From: Gemmatimonadota bacterium
Lineage (GTDB): Bacteria > Gemmatimonadota > Gemmatimonadetes > Palauibacterales > Palauibacteraceae
DNA length: 64,000 nt
Assembly: GCA_035267645.1 (NCBI GenBank)
Contig: DATFLN010000034.1
Coordinates: 28,101 to 92,100 of the forward strand
Reading direction: 5' to 3'
Shown: positions 8,420 through 19,214 of the stretch, piece by piece
How the letters are laid out: every line of letters starts with the position of its first letter
How positions within the stretch are numbered: position 1 is the stretch's first letter
Notes under the pieces: generated by a model
Database searches by the model: none
Told to the model about the DNA's origin: nothing
What the model saw: the letters and a program-made list of their open reading frames with translations, nothing else
Position numbers and translations under genes: made by a program

Positions 8420-10084
8420 ATGACCCATCCCGACCTTCAGGAAGAGATAGGCCGTCTCGAGGCACAGCTCGAGGCGCATCCGGGGAGCCTCCTGTTCGCC
8501 CGGCTCGCGGACCTGGTCCGCAAGGACGGGGATCACGGGCGTGCGCTCGAGATCCTCGAGCGCGGACTGGAGGACCATCCGGAGTACCTGAGCGCGCACA
8601 TCGTTCGGGCGCGCGCCCTCGAGGACCTCGGCCGCGAGACCGAGGCGGAGGAGGCGTACCGCCGCGTCCTCGAGCTGGACGACCAGAACCTCGTGGCGCT
8701 GGCCGCGCTCGCGCGGGCCGCGGAGGCCCGGGGTGACCGCGAGGACGCCGTCTCGTGGTACGAGCGGCTTCTGGCCGTCGATCCCAGGAACGAGGAGGCG
8801 GAGGCAAAGCTGCAGGAGCTGCGCGAATCCGCCGCGGAGAAGCCCCTCGACGGGGCGTCCCTCGAACGGGAGGTCTCCGACGAGGAGCCCACGGCCCCGG
8901 CCGAGCCCGCCGGCGGCGAGCCTGTCGCCGAGGAGGAGCCCGCCGCGGCAGACGAGGCGTTCGACGGCGCCGGGTTCGACGACGAGGGGTTCGACGTCGA
9001 GCCGTTCGGGGAGGAGCCCTCCGCCGGGACCGGGGAGACCGAGCCCCACGACGCCTTCGGGGTCGAGCCGGGAGAGGAGATCCGTGCGGCCCGGTGGCCC
9101 TGGGACGAGGAGTCCGGCTCCGAGACGGCGGAGGAGCCGCCCTCCGACGAGATCGTGGCCTTCTCCCGGGATGGGTCCGGCGTCGAGTCCGAGGAGGAGC
9201 TCCGGCCGGGGTCCGAGGAGGACGCCGAGGACCCGTTCTCCGGCTGGGAAAACGTGGACATCGACGACGAAGGGTCCCCGGACACGGAGGACCTCGGGAC
9301 GACCGCGGAGGAGGAGGCCCGGTGGGAGCCTGCCGAGGAGGAGCTCACCGAAGAGGAGCCGACCGCAGAGGACGAGCCGCACGCCACGGAGGAGGACGAG
9401 CTCCCGGCCGAATGGGAGGAGGCCGAGCCCGGCCGGGAAGAGGCGGAGCCCGCCTCCGGGGCGAAGGAGTCCGAATCCACCGCCGATCGGGAGGAGCCCG
9501 AGCCGGAGCCCGCGCCCGAGTGGGAGGAGCTCGAGGCCCGCGGCGAGGATCTCGTGGCGGAGTGGGAGGAGGCCGAGCCCGAGGACCTCGAGACCGAGAT
9601 CGACGAGCTCTCCGACGGATGGGACGAGCCCGAGGGCGAGGAAGCGGAAGGGGAGCTCGACGACGACTCGGACCTGCCCACCGAGACGCTGGCGAGCCTG
9701 TACGCCAGCCAGGGGCTGTACCGCGAGGCCGTCACGATCTACGAGGAGCTCGTCCGCAGACGGCCGCACGACGAGGCGCTGTTCGAGCGGCTGCGGGCGG
9801 CCCGAGAGGAGCTCGACGAGCCCGTCGGGGAGCTCGCGCACGAGCTCGCGGAGGACGCGGAGGAGCCCGCGGGCGAGACCGGAGAGGACGTACGGGAGCC
9901 CGCGGACGAGCTCGGAGGGACGGACGACGCCGCGGGGCCGCCCGAGGAAGCCGGGGAGGAGCCGGTCCCCGCGGGAGAGGCCGACGGCACGGACGCGCCC
10001 GAGCCGACCATGCGCGAGCACCTGCTGGCGCTCCTGCGCGGAGAGGCCGTCCCCGACGGCCCGGCGGGAGACCGCGGCGCGTGA
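8420..10084 (+). CDS. TPR-repeat protein with a long acidic (Glu/Asp/Pro-rich) disordered C-terminal region
   Basis: The N-terminal 130 aa hold classic TPRs (ALEILERGLEDHPEYLSAHIVRARALEDLGRETEAEEAYRRVLELD...). More than 300 aa of E/D/P-rich low complexity follow, then a terminal TPR-like segment (LASLYASQGLYREAVTIYEELVRRRP). Start chosen is MTHPDLQ. Confidence 0.6.
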   Translation: MTHPDLQEEIGRLEAQLEAHPGSLLFARLADLVRKDGDHGRALEILERGLEDHPEYLSAHIVRARALEDLGRETEAEEAYRRVLELDDQNLVALAALARAAEARGDREDAVSWYERLLAVDPRNEEAEAKLQELRESAAEKPLDGASLEREVSDEEPTAPAEPAGGEPVAEEEPAAADEAFDGAGFDDEGFDVEPFGEEPSAGTGETEPHDAFGVEPGEEIRAARWPWDEESGSETAEEPPSDEIVAFSRDGSGVESEEELRPGSEEDAEDPFSGWENVDIDDEGSPDTEDLGTTAEEEARWEPAEEELTEEEPTAEDEPHATEEDELPAEWEEAEPGREEAEPASGAKESESTADREEPEPEPAPEWEELEARGEDLVAEWEEAEPEDLETEIDELSDGWDEPEGEEAEGELDDDSDLPTETLASLYASQGLYREAVTIYEELVRRRPHDEALFERLRAAREELDEPVGELAHELAEDAEEPAGETGEDVREPADELGGTDDAAGPPEEAGEEPVPAGEADGTDAPEPTMREHLLALLRGEAVPDGPAGDRGA

Positions 10085-10094
10085 GGCTCCCGGC

Positions 10095-10547
10095 GTGACG
10101 GGCGGCGGCCGGCGCGTGGGCGTCGTCCACGGGCCCAACCTGGACCTCCTGGGCGGACGCGAGGCGGAGCACTACGGCTCGGAGACGCTCGAGCAGATCG
10201 ACGCGCGGCTCGAGGAGCGGGCGGCCGAGCGGGGCGTGGAGATCGTCTCCTTCCAGTCCAACGCCGAGGGCGACCTGATCGACTGGATCGGCTCCAGGGC
10301 CCCGGATGTCTCGGGCTGGCTCGTGAACGCCGGCGGGCTCACCCACACCAGCGTGGTCCTGCGGGACGCCCTCGTGGCCAGCGGCCGGCCGTTCGTGGAG
10401 GTGCACCTCTCGAACGTCCACGCCCGGGAGCCGTTCCGGAGGCGGTCCCTGCTCTCGGACGTGGCGGTGGGCGTGATCTGCGGCTTTCGGGGGGACAGCT
10501 ATCTCCTGGGGCTCGCCGGTCTCCTGGCCCACCTGGACGCCGGGTGA
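10095..10547 (+). CDS. aroQ: 3-dehydroquinate dehydratase, type II
   Basis: VGVVHGPNLDLLGGREAEHYGSETL...VNAGGLTHTSVVLRDAL...HLSNVHAREPFRR are hallmark AroQ motifs. GTG start at 10095. Confidence 0.85.
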   Translation: MTGGGRRVGVVHGPNLDLLGGREAEHYGSETLEQIDARLEERAAERGVEIVSFQSNAEGDLIDWIGSRAPDVSGWLVNAGGLTHTSVVLRDALVASGRPFVEVHLSNVHAREPFRRRSLLSDVAVGVICGFRGDSYLLGLAGLLAHLDAG

Positions 10548-11659
10548 GCGACGGGGAGACGGGGGAGCCGGGCCAGAGCGCCGCCTTCGACGACCGGCTG
10601 GACCGGCTCCGCAGCCGCATGTCCGAGGGGTCGCTCGACGGCCTGGTGACCTCCCATCCCCCCAACGTCCGCTACCTGTCGGGCTTCACCGGCTCGAGCG
10701 GCGTCCTGGCGGTCCTTCCGGACCGCGCCGTCCTCGTCACCGACTTCCGGTACGAGGAGCAGGCCGGAGCCGAGCTCTCGCCCCCCTTCGAGCTGGAGAT
10801 CGCGCGCGACGGCAGCTTCGGACTCCTCGGGAAGCTCCTGGGGACGGAGGCCGCGGATCTGCGGCTGGGCTTCGAGGCCGAGCACCTCTCCGTGCGGGAC
10901 CACGAGCGGCTCCGGGAGGAGGCGCCGGGACCGGAGTGGACGGCCACCTACGACCTCGTCGAGGTCCTCCGCGCCCGGAAGGACTCCGCCGAGCTGGCCC
11001 TCCTGGAGCGCGCGGCGGACGTGGCCTGCCGGGCGCTGGCCCGGACGCTGGAGGCGGTCGAGGCCGGCGTGACGGAGCTCGAGATGACCGCGGAGCTGGA
11101 GCACCGGCTGCGGAGCGAGGGCTCGGAGGGCCCGGCGTTCGAGACCATCGTGGCCGCGGGGCCGCGCTCGGCCCTCCCACACGCGAGACCGTCGATCCGA
11201 CCCCTCGCCGAGGGAGATCTCCTCCTGATGGACTTCGGCGCGGTGACCGGGGGCTACCGATCCGACATCACCAGGACGTTCGTCCTGGGGCCCGCCGCGC
11301 CGTGGCAGGAGGAGATCCACGCCGCCGTGCTGGCGGCCCGCGAGGCGGCCCTGGAGGCGGCGCGACCCGGGGTCGAGGCCCGGGACGTGGACGCGGCGGC
11401 GCGGGACAGCCTCGAGGCCGCCGGGTTCGGCGAGAGGTTCGGGCACGCCACCGGCCACGGGATCGGGCTCGAGGTGCACGAGGGCCCCGGGCTGTCGCGG
11501 CGCTCGGACGCCATCTTGCAGGAGGCCCACGTGGTAACGATCGAGCCCGGCGTGTATCTTCCGGGCCGCGGCGGAGTGAGGGTCGAGGACGACGTCGTGA
11601 TGCACGCCGGCGGAGCCCGGCTGCTGACCGACTTTCCCACCGACCTCCGCGAACTCTGA
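10544..11659 (+). CDS. pepP: Xaa-Pro aminopeptidase (M24 family)
   Basis: N-terminal creatinase-like domain plus the M24 pita-bread C-domain (HATGHGIGLEVHEGP, VVTIEPGVYLPGRGGVRVEDDV). The GTG start overlaps the aroQ TGA in a GTGA. Confidence 0.85.
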   Translation: MSDGETGEPGQSAAFDDRLDRLRSRMSEGSLDGLVTSHPPNVRYLSGFTGSSGVLAVLPDRAVLVTDFRYEEQAGAELSPPFELEIARDGSFGLLGKLLGTEAADLRLGFEAEHLSVRDHERLREEAPGPEWTATYDLVEVLRARKDSAELALLERAADVACRALARTLEAVEAGVTELEMTAELEHRLRSEGSEGPAFETIVAAGPRSALPHARPSIRPLAEGDLLLMDFGAVTGGYRSDITRTFVLGPAAPWQEEIHAAVLAAREAALEAARPGVEARDVDAAARDSLEAAGFGERFGHATGHGIGLEVHEGPGLSRRSDAILQEAHVVTIEPGVYLPGRGGVRVEDDVVMHAGGARLLTDFPTDLREL

Positions 11660-11694
11660 GGAACCTGGACACGGGATCGACCGGAACACGCGAC

Positions 11695-12261
11695 ATGGCG
11701 GACACATCGGACTTCAGGAACGGGATGGTGATCGAGCTCGACGGCGAGCTCTGGTCCATCACCTACTTCCAGCACGTGAAGCCGGGGAAGGGCGGCGCCT
11801 TCGTCCGCACCAAGCTCAAGAACGTCATGACGGGTGCGGTGGTCGACCGTACCTTCAGGGCGGGAGAGAGGGTGCAGGAGGTGCGCCTCGTCCGCCGTCC
11901 GCTCCAGTACAGCTACACGGACGGCAACCTGTATTATTTCATGGACATGGAGACCTACGAGATGGTCCCGCTCTCCGGCGACGCCATCGGAGAGGACCAG
12001 CTGCTCTACCTGACCGAGAACCTCGAGTGCCAGGGCCTCACGCGCGAGCGGGAGGTGCTGGCGGTCGAGCTGCCGCAGTTCGTCGAGCAGCGCGTGGTGG
12101 ACACCGAGCCCGGGGTGCGGGGTGACACCGCCCAGGGCGGGACGAAGCCGGCCGAGCTCGAGGCGGGAGCCGTGGTGCAGGTGCCGCTGTTCATCGAGGA
12201 GGGCGACGTGGTGAGGGTCGACCGGACGGAGGACAAGTACCTGGAACGGGTGAGCTCATGA
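11695..12261 (+). CDS. efp: Elongation factor P
   Basis: [49 protein letters not shown] is a near-canonical EF-P N-terminus, including the KPGKG loop. Length 188 aa. Confidence 0.92.
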   Translation: MADTSDFRNGMVIELDGELWSITYFQHVKPGKGGAFVRTKLKNVMTGAVVDRTFRAGERVQEVRLVRRPLQYSYTDGNLYYFMDMETYEMVPLSGDAIGEDQLLYLTENLECQGLTREREVLAVELPQFVEQRVVDTEPGVRGDTAQGGTKPAELEAGAVVQVPLFIEEGDVVRVDRTEDKYLERVSS

Positions 12262-12785
12262 TGGACCTGGACTGGATCCGGCGCCTCCTCGAGCTCGTCG
12301 ACGATTCCGACGTCGACACGCTCGAGATCCGACGCTTCGGCACGCACGTGCGTGTCTCCAAGAGCCCGCCGGTGGCCGGCGGGAGCGGACCCGCCCGGGT
12401 GGCCTCCGCCGCCGGCGATGCCGGAGCGGGCGGGCCGGTCCCGGCCGCTCCGGCCGGCGGTGGACCGGCGGCCGGAGGAGGGGCCGGGATGGAAGGGGGC
12501 GAGGCCGAGTCCGGGGAGGCCGGCGGGGACGAGGACCTCTACGCCGTCAGCTCCCCGATGGTCGGCACGTTCTACCGGGCCCCGGCCCCCGACGCGCCTC
12601 CCTACGTGGAGGTCGGCGATCGCGTGCGGAAGGGCCAGACGCTGTGCATCCTCGAGGCGATGAAGCTCATGAACGAGCTCGAGTCCGAGGTCGCCGGCGT
12701 CATCCGGGAGATCAGCGTCGAGAACTCGGAGCCGGTCGAGTACGGCCAGGTGCTGTTCCGCATCGAGGTCGACGGTAAGGGCTGA
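12258..12785 (+). CDS. accB: Biotin carboxyl carrier protein of acetyl-CoA carboxylase
   Basis: C-terminal biotinyl domain with the EAMKLMNE motif, preceded by a Pro/Ala/Gly linker. ATGA overlap with the efp stop. Confidence 0.88.
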   Translation: MMDLDWIRRLLELVDDSDVDTLEIRRFGTHVRVSKSPPVAGGSGPARVASAAGDAGAGGPVPAAPAGGGPAAGGGAGMEGGEAESGEAGGDEDLYAVSSPMVGTFYRAPAPDAPPYVEVGDRVRKGQTLCILEAMKLMNELESEVAGVIREISVENSEPVEYGQVLFRIEVDGKG

Positions 12786-12798
12786 GCGAGGCGCTGGC

Positions 12799-14142
12799 GT
12801 GTTCGAGAAGGTCCTGATCGCGAATCGCGGGGAGATCGCTCTCCGCGTCATCCGTGCCTGCCGGGAGCTGGACGTGGCCACCGTGGCCGTCTACTCGGAG
12901 GCCGACCGGGAGTCCCTCCACGTCCGGTTCTCGGACGAGGACGTCTGCATCGGCCCCGCGCCCAGTCGCGAGAGCTACCTGAACATCCCGCGCATCATCG
13001 CCGCCGCCGAGGTCACGGGCGCCGACGCCATCCATCCCGGCTACGGCTTCCTGGCCGAGAACGCCGAGTTCGCGGAGGTGTGCGAGCGCTCGGGGTTCGC
13101 GTTCATCGGGCCGACCGCCGAGCAGATCCGGAAGATGGGCCACAAGGCCGAGGCCCGGCGTGCGATGGCCGACGCGGGCGTGCCCGTGGTCCCGGGGACG
13201 GACGGGACCATCGAGGACCCCGACGAGGCCGAGCGCGAGGCCGAGCGCATCGGCTTCCCGGTCATGATCAAGGCCGCTTCGGGCGGGGGCGGCAAGGGGA
13301 TGAGGGTGGCGCGCGACGCCGAGGAGTTCCGCAGCGCGTTCAGCATGGCCCGCAACGAGGCCGGCGCCGCCTTCGACGACCCCTCGGTGTACCTGGAGCG
13401 CTTCGTCGAGGAGCCCCGCCACGTGGAGATCCAGATCATGGCGGATCACCACGGGAACCTGGTCCACCTGGGGGAGCGGGACTGCACGATCCAGCGGCGG
13501 CACCAGAAGCTCATCGAGGAGTCGCCGAGTCCGGTCCTCACGCCGGAGACGCGGGAGGCCATGGGCCAGACGGCCGTGAAGGGCGCTCGGGCCATCGGCT
13601 ACCGTAACGCCGGCACCGTCGAGTTCCTCCTCGGCGCGGACGGCTCGTTCTACTTCATGGAGATGAACACCCGGATCCAGGTCGAGCACCCGGTCACCGA
13701 GTGGGTCACCTCCACCGACATCGTCAAGGAGCAGATCCGGGTGGCGGCGGGCGAGGAGCTTTCGTTCTCGGCCCCGTCCGAGCTGGTGGGGCACGCCATC
13801 GAGTGCCGGATCAACGCCGAGGACCCGGACCACGACTTCCGGCCCGCGCCGGGCACCGTGACCGCCTTCCACGCGCCGGGAGGGCCCGGCGTGAGGGTGG
13901 ACACCCACATCTACGCGGGCTACCGGGTCCCGCCCCACTACGACTCGCTGCTCGGGAAGCTCATCGTCCACGACAAGACCAGGGAGGCGGCGCTCCGGAA
14001 GGCCGAGTACGCCCTGGAGGAGTTCGTGATCGAGGGGATCCCCACCACGATCTCCTTCCTGCAGCGGGTGCTCCGCCATCCCGACTTCGTGGCCGGCCGG
14101 ATCGACACCGGCTTCCTGGAGCGCATGCGCGACGGGGGATGA
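12799..14142 (+). CDS. accC: Biotin carboxylase
   Basis: 447 aa ATP-grasp protein: [21 protein letters not shown]...[13 protein letters not shown]...[16 protein letters not shown]...[14 protein letters not shown]. Confidence 0.95.
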   Translation: MFEKVLIANRGEIALRVIRACRELDVATVAVYSEADRESLHVRFSDEDVCIGPAPSRESYLNIPRIIAAAEVTGADAIHPGYGFLAENAEFAEVCERSGFAFIGPTAEQIRKMGHKAEARRAMADAGVPVVPGTDGTIEDPDEAEREAERIGFPVMIKAASGGGGKGMRVARDAEEFRSAFSMARNEAGAAFDDPSVYLERFVEEPRHVEIQIMADHHGNLVHLGERDCTIQRRHQKLIEESPSPVLTPETREAMGQTAVKGARAIGYRNAGTVEFLLGADGSFYFMEMNTRIQVEHPVTEWVTSTDIVKEQIRVAAGEELSFSAPSELVGHAIECRINAEDPDHDFRPAPGTVTAFHAPGGPGVRVDTHIYAGYRVPPHYDSLLGKLIVHDKTREAALRKAEYALEEFVIEGIPTTISFLQRVLRHPDFVAGRIDTGFLERMRDGG

Positions 14143-14870
14143 GGCTCGGCGTCAGGCTCCTGCCATCGGCCGTCCGCGAGGAGGAGGTGGAGGGCCGGGT
14201 GGCCGTGGTGATCGACGTGATCCGCTTCTCCACCAGCGTCCTGGCCGCGCTCGAGGCGGGGGCGGCCGAGGTCCGGACCGCGCCCTCTCCCGGTGAAGCC
14301 GCACGGCTCGCGGACGGGCTCGGCCGCTCCGAGGTGCTCCTGTGCGGCGAGGTGGGCGGCAAGCCCATCGAGGGGTGGGACCTGGGCAACTCGCCGCGGG
14401 AGCTCGCCTCCGGGCGGGTCGCCGGCCGCACACTGGTGTACAGCACGACGAACGGCACGCGGGCCCTGGAGCGGGTCCGGGGCGCGGAGCGGGTCCTCGT
14501 GGCCTGCTTCCGGAACCTCGGAGCGGTCGCCAGGCGCGTCCGCGAGCTCGGGGCCCCCGCCCTCCTGGTGTGCGCGGGACGAGACGACCGGGTGGGGCTG
14601 GACGATGCGTGGTGCGCGGGCCTCCTGGCCGATCGGCTGGCGGAAGAGGAGGCCCGTCCCGAGCTGGACGACGGCGCCCGGGTGGCCGTCGCGGCCTCGC
14701 GCTCGCTCGGGACCCCCGATCGGGACGCCCTGGCCGCCACCGGGGCCGGGGCCGCGCTGGTGAGGATCGGGTACGGAGGAGATCTGGACGTGTGCGCGGA
14801 GATGGACAGGACGGGCGCGGTCCCGGTGCTCGGGGAGAGCGGGCTGGTGCTGGAGGGCGCGGCGGCGTGA
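14139..14870 (+). CDS. 2-phosphosulfolactate phosphatase (ComB) family protein
   Basis: [25 protein letters not shown]...[22 protein letters not shown] is a ComB-like signature. The ATG overlaps the accC stop in an ATGA. Confidence 0.65.
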   Translation: MRLGVRLLPSAVREEEVEGRVAVVIDVIRFSTSVLAALEAGAAEVRTAPSPGEAARLADGLGRSEVLLCGEVGGKPIEGWDLGNSPRELASGRVAGRTLVYSTTNGTRALERVRGAERVLVACFRNLGAVARRVRELGAPALLVCAGRDDRVGLDDAWCAGLLADRLAEEEARPELDDGARVAVAASRSLGTPDRDALAATGAGAALVRIGYGGDLDVCAEMDRTGAVPVLGESGLVLEGAAA

Positions 14871-17152
14871 GTGCGGATCGCGGCACGCACCGGCAGGAGG
14901 CCCTCGGCGTGGGGCTCGTGGCCCTCGGGATCCTCCTGACCCTGGCCGTCCTGCCGGCGGCCCTGTCCCCGGCTCCGGCCGGTGAGAACCTGGTGGGGCC
15001 CGCCGGGGCGGCCCTCTACCGCTGGCTCAGCTACGCCTTCGGGCCCACGGCCTTCCTGGTCGCGGCGCTCCCCGTCATCTGGAGCCTCTGGTGCTTCGGG
15101 CTCGTCGAGGCGGAGACGGCGGGCCGCTGGTCCGCGTTCGCCGCCACGGTCCTGGCCCTGGTGCCGGCCGGGATCTGGCTCCTGACCGGCGGCGGCCAGG
15201 CGGGCTACCGCGAGTCCATCGGCGCCGTGGGCCGGACGTTCGGGATCCTCCTCCAGGGAGGGTTCGGGACCGCGGGCGGCGCGACCATCCTCCTGGGCGT
15301 CCTGGTGGCGCTGTCGGTCCTCACCCTGGGCTGGTCCCCCTCCCGGGGCTTCGGGGGCCTCCTGCGGGCCGTGAGGGGCGGCGTGACGGGCGTGGGCCGC
15401 CTGGCCCGGACCGCCGGCGGCCGGGCGCGGAGCGCGGCCCGCGCGGCGGGGGAGGTCGCGGGCGGGGGCGACCCCTCCCCGTGGGAGACGGTGCGGGCGA
15501 TCGGCGATGAGGACGGCGGGGCACCGGAGGCCGCCGGCGCCGAGGCGGCCGGGGAGCCGGGGGCCGCCCTCGTGGACGAGGACGGCCAGACCGAGCTCGA
15601 CCTGGCCGACTACGGGGACCTGAGCCAGACCGCGCTCCCCCCGATCGACCTCCTGGAGAGGCCGGACCGCTCCTCCCGGGGACTGGATGAGCCCGAGCTC
15701 CGCTCGCTCGGCCAGATCCTGGTCGACAAGCTCGCGACGTTCCGGGTGGAGGGGGAGATACGGGGATGGACCACCGGGCCGGTCGTGACCCAGTTCGAGG
15801 TCGTCCCGGCGGCCGGCGTCAAGGTCGGGCAGATCGCCGCGCTGGCCGATGACCTGGCGCTGGCGCTCAAGGCCCCCTCGGTGCGCATCGTGGCCCCGAT
15901 CCCGGGGAAGGGCGCCGTGGGCGTCGAGGTCCCCAACCCGGAGCCCGAGATCGTCCGCCTCCGGGAGGTGCTCGAGGCGCCCACCTACCGGCGCTCGCGG
16001 GCGCTCCTGCCGCTCGCCCTGGGGCGGGACCTGGCCGGGGCGCCCTACTGCGCGGACCTGTCGCGGATGCCGCACCTCCTCATCGCCGGCGCCACGGGCT
16101 CGGGGAAGTCGGTGTGCATCAACACGATCATCACCAGCCTCATCTATCGCTACACGCCCCGGGAGCTCCGGCTCCTCATGATCGACCCGAAGATGGTCGA
16201 GCTCAGCGTGTACGACGACCTGCCGCACCTCCGCCACCCCGTCGTGACCGACAACCAGGAGGCCGCGTCTATCCTACGGTGGGCGGTCCTGGAGATGAAC
16301 CGCCGCTACGAGCTCCTGTCGGCCAACGGCTGCAGGAGCCTGCGCGAGTTCAACCGGCGCATCCGGGACGGGGTCACCCTCCGGCGGCGAGGCTCGTCGG
16401 ACCGGGAGTACGAGGGGGGCGAGCTCCCCTACGTCGTGCTCCTCATCGACGAGCTGGCCGACCTGATGATGACCGTGCAGGCCGAGGTCGAGGGGCCCCT
16501 GGCCATGCTGGCCCAGAAGGCCAGGGCGGTCGGGCTCCACCTGGTCATCGCGACGCAGAGGCCCTCGGTGAACGTGATCACGGGACTGATCAAGGCCAAC
16601 TTCCCCAGCCGGATCGCCTTCCGGGTGGCGTCCAAGACGGACAGCCGGACGATCCTGGACCAGAACGGGGCCGAGAGCCTCCTGGGGAACGGGGACATGC
16701 TCTTCCTGCCGCCCGGGGAGGCGGACCCGGTGCGGATCCAGGGCGCCTACCTGGACGGGAACGAGACCGAGCGCCTGATCGGCTGGTACCGGGAGCGGGC
16801 CGCGCAGGCGGCCGAGGCCGAGGTGCCCGGGGAGGAGCGGGACATCCTGGACATCGTGCGCGAGCACGAGGAGGAGGCCGCCCGGGTGGACGTGGTCGAG
16901 GAGGTGCTCGAGGACCGGGACGAGCTCTTCCGCCAGGCGGCCGAGATCGTGATCGCCAACGACTCGGGCTCCACGAGCCTCCTCCAGCGGCGCCTGAGGA
17001 TCGGCTACGGCCGCGCGGCGCGGATCATCGACCAGCTCCACCACGTCGGCATCGTGGGGCCGGCCCAGGGCTCACAGCCGCGGGCGGTGCTGGTGACGCT
17101 GGATCAGCTGGACGAGGTCCTGGACGAGGGAGGCGAGGATGCGATGGCGTGA
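14867..17152 (+). CDS. ftsK: DNA translocase FtsK/SpoIIIE
   Basis: The GTG start at 14867 overlaps the upstream TGA. N-terminal TM helices, a Pro/Gly/Ala linker, a motor domain with Walker A (LLIAGATGSGKSVCIN) and a C-terminal gamma winged-helix (LLQRRLRIGYGRAARIIDQL). Confidence 0.9.
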   Translation: MSADRGTHRQEALGVGLVALGILLTLAVLPAALSPAPAGENLVGPAGAALYRWLSYAFGPTAFLVAALPVIWSLWCFGLVEAETAGRWSAFAATVLALVPAGIWLLTGGGQAGYRESIGAVGRTFGILLQGGFGTAGGATILLGVLVALSVLTLGWSPSRGFGGLLRAVRGGVTGVGRLARTAGGRARSAARAAGEVAGGGDPSPWETVRAIGDEDGGAPEAAGAEAAGEPGAALVDEDGQTELDLADYGDLSQTALPPIDLLERPDRSSRGLDEPELRSLGQILVDKLATFRVEGEIRGWTTGPVVTQFEVVPAAGVKVGQIAALADDLALALKAPSVRIVAPIPGKGAVGVEVPNPEPEIVRLREVLEAPTYRRSRALLPLALGRDLAGAPYCADLSRMPHLLIAGATGSGKSVCINTIITSLIYRYTPRELRLLMIDPKMVELSVYDDLPHLRHPVVTDNQEAASILRWAVLEMNRRYELLSANGCRSLREFNRRIRDGVTLRRRGSSDREYEGGELPYVVLLIDELADLMMTVQAEVEGPLAMLAQKARAVGLHLVIATQRPSVNVITGLIKANFPSRIAFRVASKTDSRTILDQNGAESLLGNGDMLFLPPGEADPVRIQGAYLDGNETERLIGWYRERAAQAAEAEVPGEERDILDIVREHEEEAARVDVVEEVLEDRDELFRQAAEIVIANDSGSTSLLQRRLRIGYGRAARIIDQLHHVGIVGPAQGSQPRAVLVTLDQLDEVLDEGGEDAMA

Positions 17153-17906
17153 GGCCGTGCCCCTGGCCGCGGCCGCGGCCGCCGTGGCGGCGGGCCCGGC
17201 GGCCGGGTGGGCCCCCGCGAGCGGAGCCGCCGTCGTGCGGGCCGCGCCGGCGGACACCTCCGCGCGTGCCCACGCGGCGTCCCCCTGCGCGGCCACCTGC
17301 TGCGGCGAGGACGTCCGGGCGCTCCTGGCCCGGGCCGAGGCCCGCTACGACTCCCTGCGCTCCCTGCAGGCCTCCTTCGAGCAGGTCGTCGAGGTCCCGC
17401 TCCTGGACCAGAAGCGCGAGGGTCGGGGGACCTGGTACCAGGAGGGAAGGGCGCGCTTCAGGATGGACTTCAGCGAGCCGCCCCACGACCTGATCGTGGC
17501 CGACGGGACGCACCTGTGGCTCTACTATCCGAGCACGAACCCGGGGCAGGTCGTGCGGACGTCCCTCGAGGGCGACCCGACCGGCACGGCCATGGCGGAT
17601 CTGGAGGGGCGCATCTTCCGCCAGGCCAGGACGGGCTTCGACGCCACGCTGGCCGGCCGGGAGAAGGTGGCCGGCGTGGCCACCTGCCGCGTCGACCTCG
17701 TGCCGCAGCCCGGGGCCGAGACGACCTATCGGAAGGTGCGGGTGTGGGTGGGCACCAGGGACTTCCTGGTCCGCCGCTTCGAGATCACCGAGGAGAACGA
17801 GACGGTGCGCACGGTGACGCTGAGCGACCTCCGGCCGGACGCGGCCATCCCGGACTCGCTGTTCACCTTCCACGCCCCGGCGGGCGTGGACGTCTTCTCG
17901 GGCTGA
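17139..17906 (+). CDS. LolA-like outer-membrane lipoprotein carrier family protein
   Basis: Signal peptide, then a LolA-fold consensus ([42 protein letters not shown]...[22 protein letters not shown]). Confidence 0.65.
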   Translation: MRWREAVPLAAAAAAVAAGPAAGWAPASGAAVVRAAPADTSARAHAASPCAATCCGEDVRALLARAEARYDSLRSLQASFEQVVEVPLLDQKREGRGTWYQEGRARFRMDFSEPPHDLIVADGTHLWLYYPSTNPGQVVRTSLEGDPTGTAMADLEGRIFRQARTGFDATLAGREKVAGVATCRVDLVPQPGAETTYRKVRVWVGTRDFLVRRFEITEENETVRTVTLSDLRPDAAIPDSLFTFHAPAGVDVFSG

Positions 17907-19207
17907 TGGGGAGCGACGTGGAGGGACTGGAGACGCTGTGGGAGCGCGCCCGCCGGCTTCTGCCCGGCGGGGTGAGCTCGCCCGTCCGGGCCTTCCGGGC
18001 CGTGGGCGGCGTGCCCTTCTTCGCCGAGCGCGGGGAGGGCGCGTGGCTCGTGGACACGGAGGGCCGCCGCTACCTGGACTGCGTGCTCTCCTGGGGCCCG
18101 CTGATCCTGGGGCACGCCCATCCCGAGGTCGTCGAAGCGGTCCGGGAGGCGGCCGGGAAGGGCACGAGCTTCGGGACGCCGGTCCCCGGCGAGGTCGAGC
18201 TGGCCGAGCGGGTGGTGCGCTGGTTCCCGTCGGTCGAGATGCTACGCTTCGTGAACAGCGGGACCGAGGCCACGATGTCCGCCGTGCGCCTGGCGCGGGG
18301 CGTCACCGGGCGGGACCTGGTCCTCAAGTTCGAGGGCTGCTACCACGGCCACGGGGACTCCTTCCTGGTGCGGGCCGGCTCGGGCGTGGCCACCCTGGGC
18401 CTGCCGGACTCGCCCGGCGTGCCGGCGGCCCTCTCGGAGCTGACGGTCACGCTCCCGTTCAACGATCTGGACGCGGTGCGTGACGCGTTCGCGCGCCACG
18501 GGGACCGCATCGCCGCGGTCATCGTCGAGCCGGTGGTCGGGAACGCCGGGGTCATTCCGCCCGTGGAGGGCTTCCTCGAGGGGCTGCGCGAGGTCACCCG
18601 CGAGGCCGGCGCCCTCCTCGTCTTCGACGAGGTCATGACCGGCTTCCGGGTCTCGCGCGGCGGCGCGCAGGAGCGGTTCGGCATCGAGCCGGACCTCACG
18701 ACGCTGGGCAAGGTGCTCGGCGGCGGTCTCCCGGTGGCGGCCTTCGGCGGCCGGCGGGAGATCATGGAGCACGTGGCGCCCGTGGGCCCCGTCTACCAGG
18801 CCGGCACGCTGAGCGGGAACCCCCTGGCCATGGCCGCGGGCGCGGCGCAGCTGGCGGTGCTGGAGCGGGAGGACCCGTTCGACGAGCTGGAGCGCAGGAC
18901 CCTCCGGCTCGTGGACGGCATCCTCGAGGCGGCGTCCGAGGCGGGCGTGCCCGCCACCGGGACGGCCATGGGCTCGATGTGGGGCATCTACTTCCGGGAG
19001 GGCCCGGTGCGCGACTATGAGGAGGCGCGCGGGACCGACACGGCGCTCTTCGCGCGTTACCACGCGGCCTGCCTGGAGCGGGGCCTCTTCCTGGCGCCCT
19101 CGGCCTTCGAGGCCGGCTTCACCTCCACGGCGCACGGGGACGAGGAGATCGACCGTACGCTGGAGATCGTGCGCGAGGCGCTGGACGTGGCACGCCGGGC
19201 CGGCTGA
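17906..19207 (+). CDS. hemL: Glutamate-1-semialdehyde 2,1-aminomutase
   Basis: [56 protein letters not shown] and FDEVMTGFR are class-III aminotransferase / HemL signatures. Confidence 0.9.
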   Translation: MGSDVEGLETLWERARRLLPGGVSSPVRAFRAVGGVPFFAERGEGAWLVDTEGRRYLDCVLSWGPLILGHAHPEVVEAVREAAGKGTSFGTPVPGEVELAERVVRWFPSVEMLRFVNSGTEATMSAVRLARGVTGRDLVLKFEGCYHGHGDSFLVRAGSGVATLGLPDSPGVPAALSELTVTLPFNDLDAVRDAFARHGDRIAAVIVEPVVGNAGVIPPVEGFLEGLREVTREAGALLVFDEVMTGFRVSRGGAQERFGIEPDLTTLGKVLGGGLPVAAFGGRREIMEHVAPVGPVYQAGTLSGNPLAMAAGAAQLAVLEREDPFDELERRTLRLVDGILEAASEAGVPATGTAMGSMWGIYFREGPVRDYEEARGTDTALFARYHAACLERGLFLAPSAFEAGFTSTAHGDEEIDRTLEIVREALDVARRAG

Positions 19208-19214
19208 CGTCGGG

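Noticed and set aside
6119-10138. A 1339-aa minus-strand ORF spanning ppiD, the divergent intergenic region and the TPR/acidic gene
   Set aside because: Its composition is dominated by Arg/Gly/Pro/Leu with no domain signatures. It runs antisense to well-supported genes (PpiD motifs on the minus strand in another frame, TPR protein on plus). This is the typical GC3-driven open antisense frame.
13961-16237. A 758-aa minus ORF antisense to accC / ComB-like / ftsK
   Set aside because: It is antisense to three high-confidence plus-strand genes. The composition is low complexity and Arg/Pro/Gly-rich.
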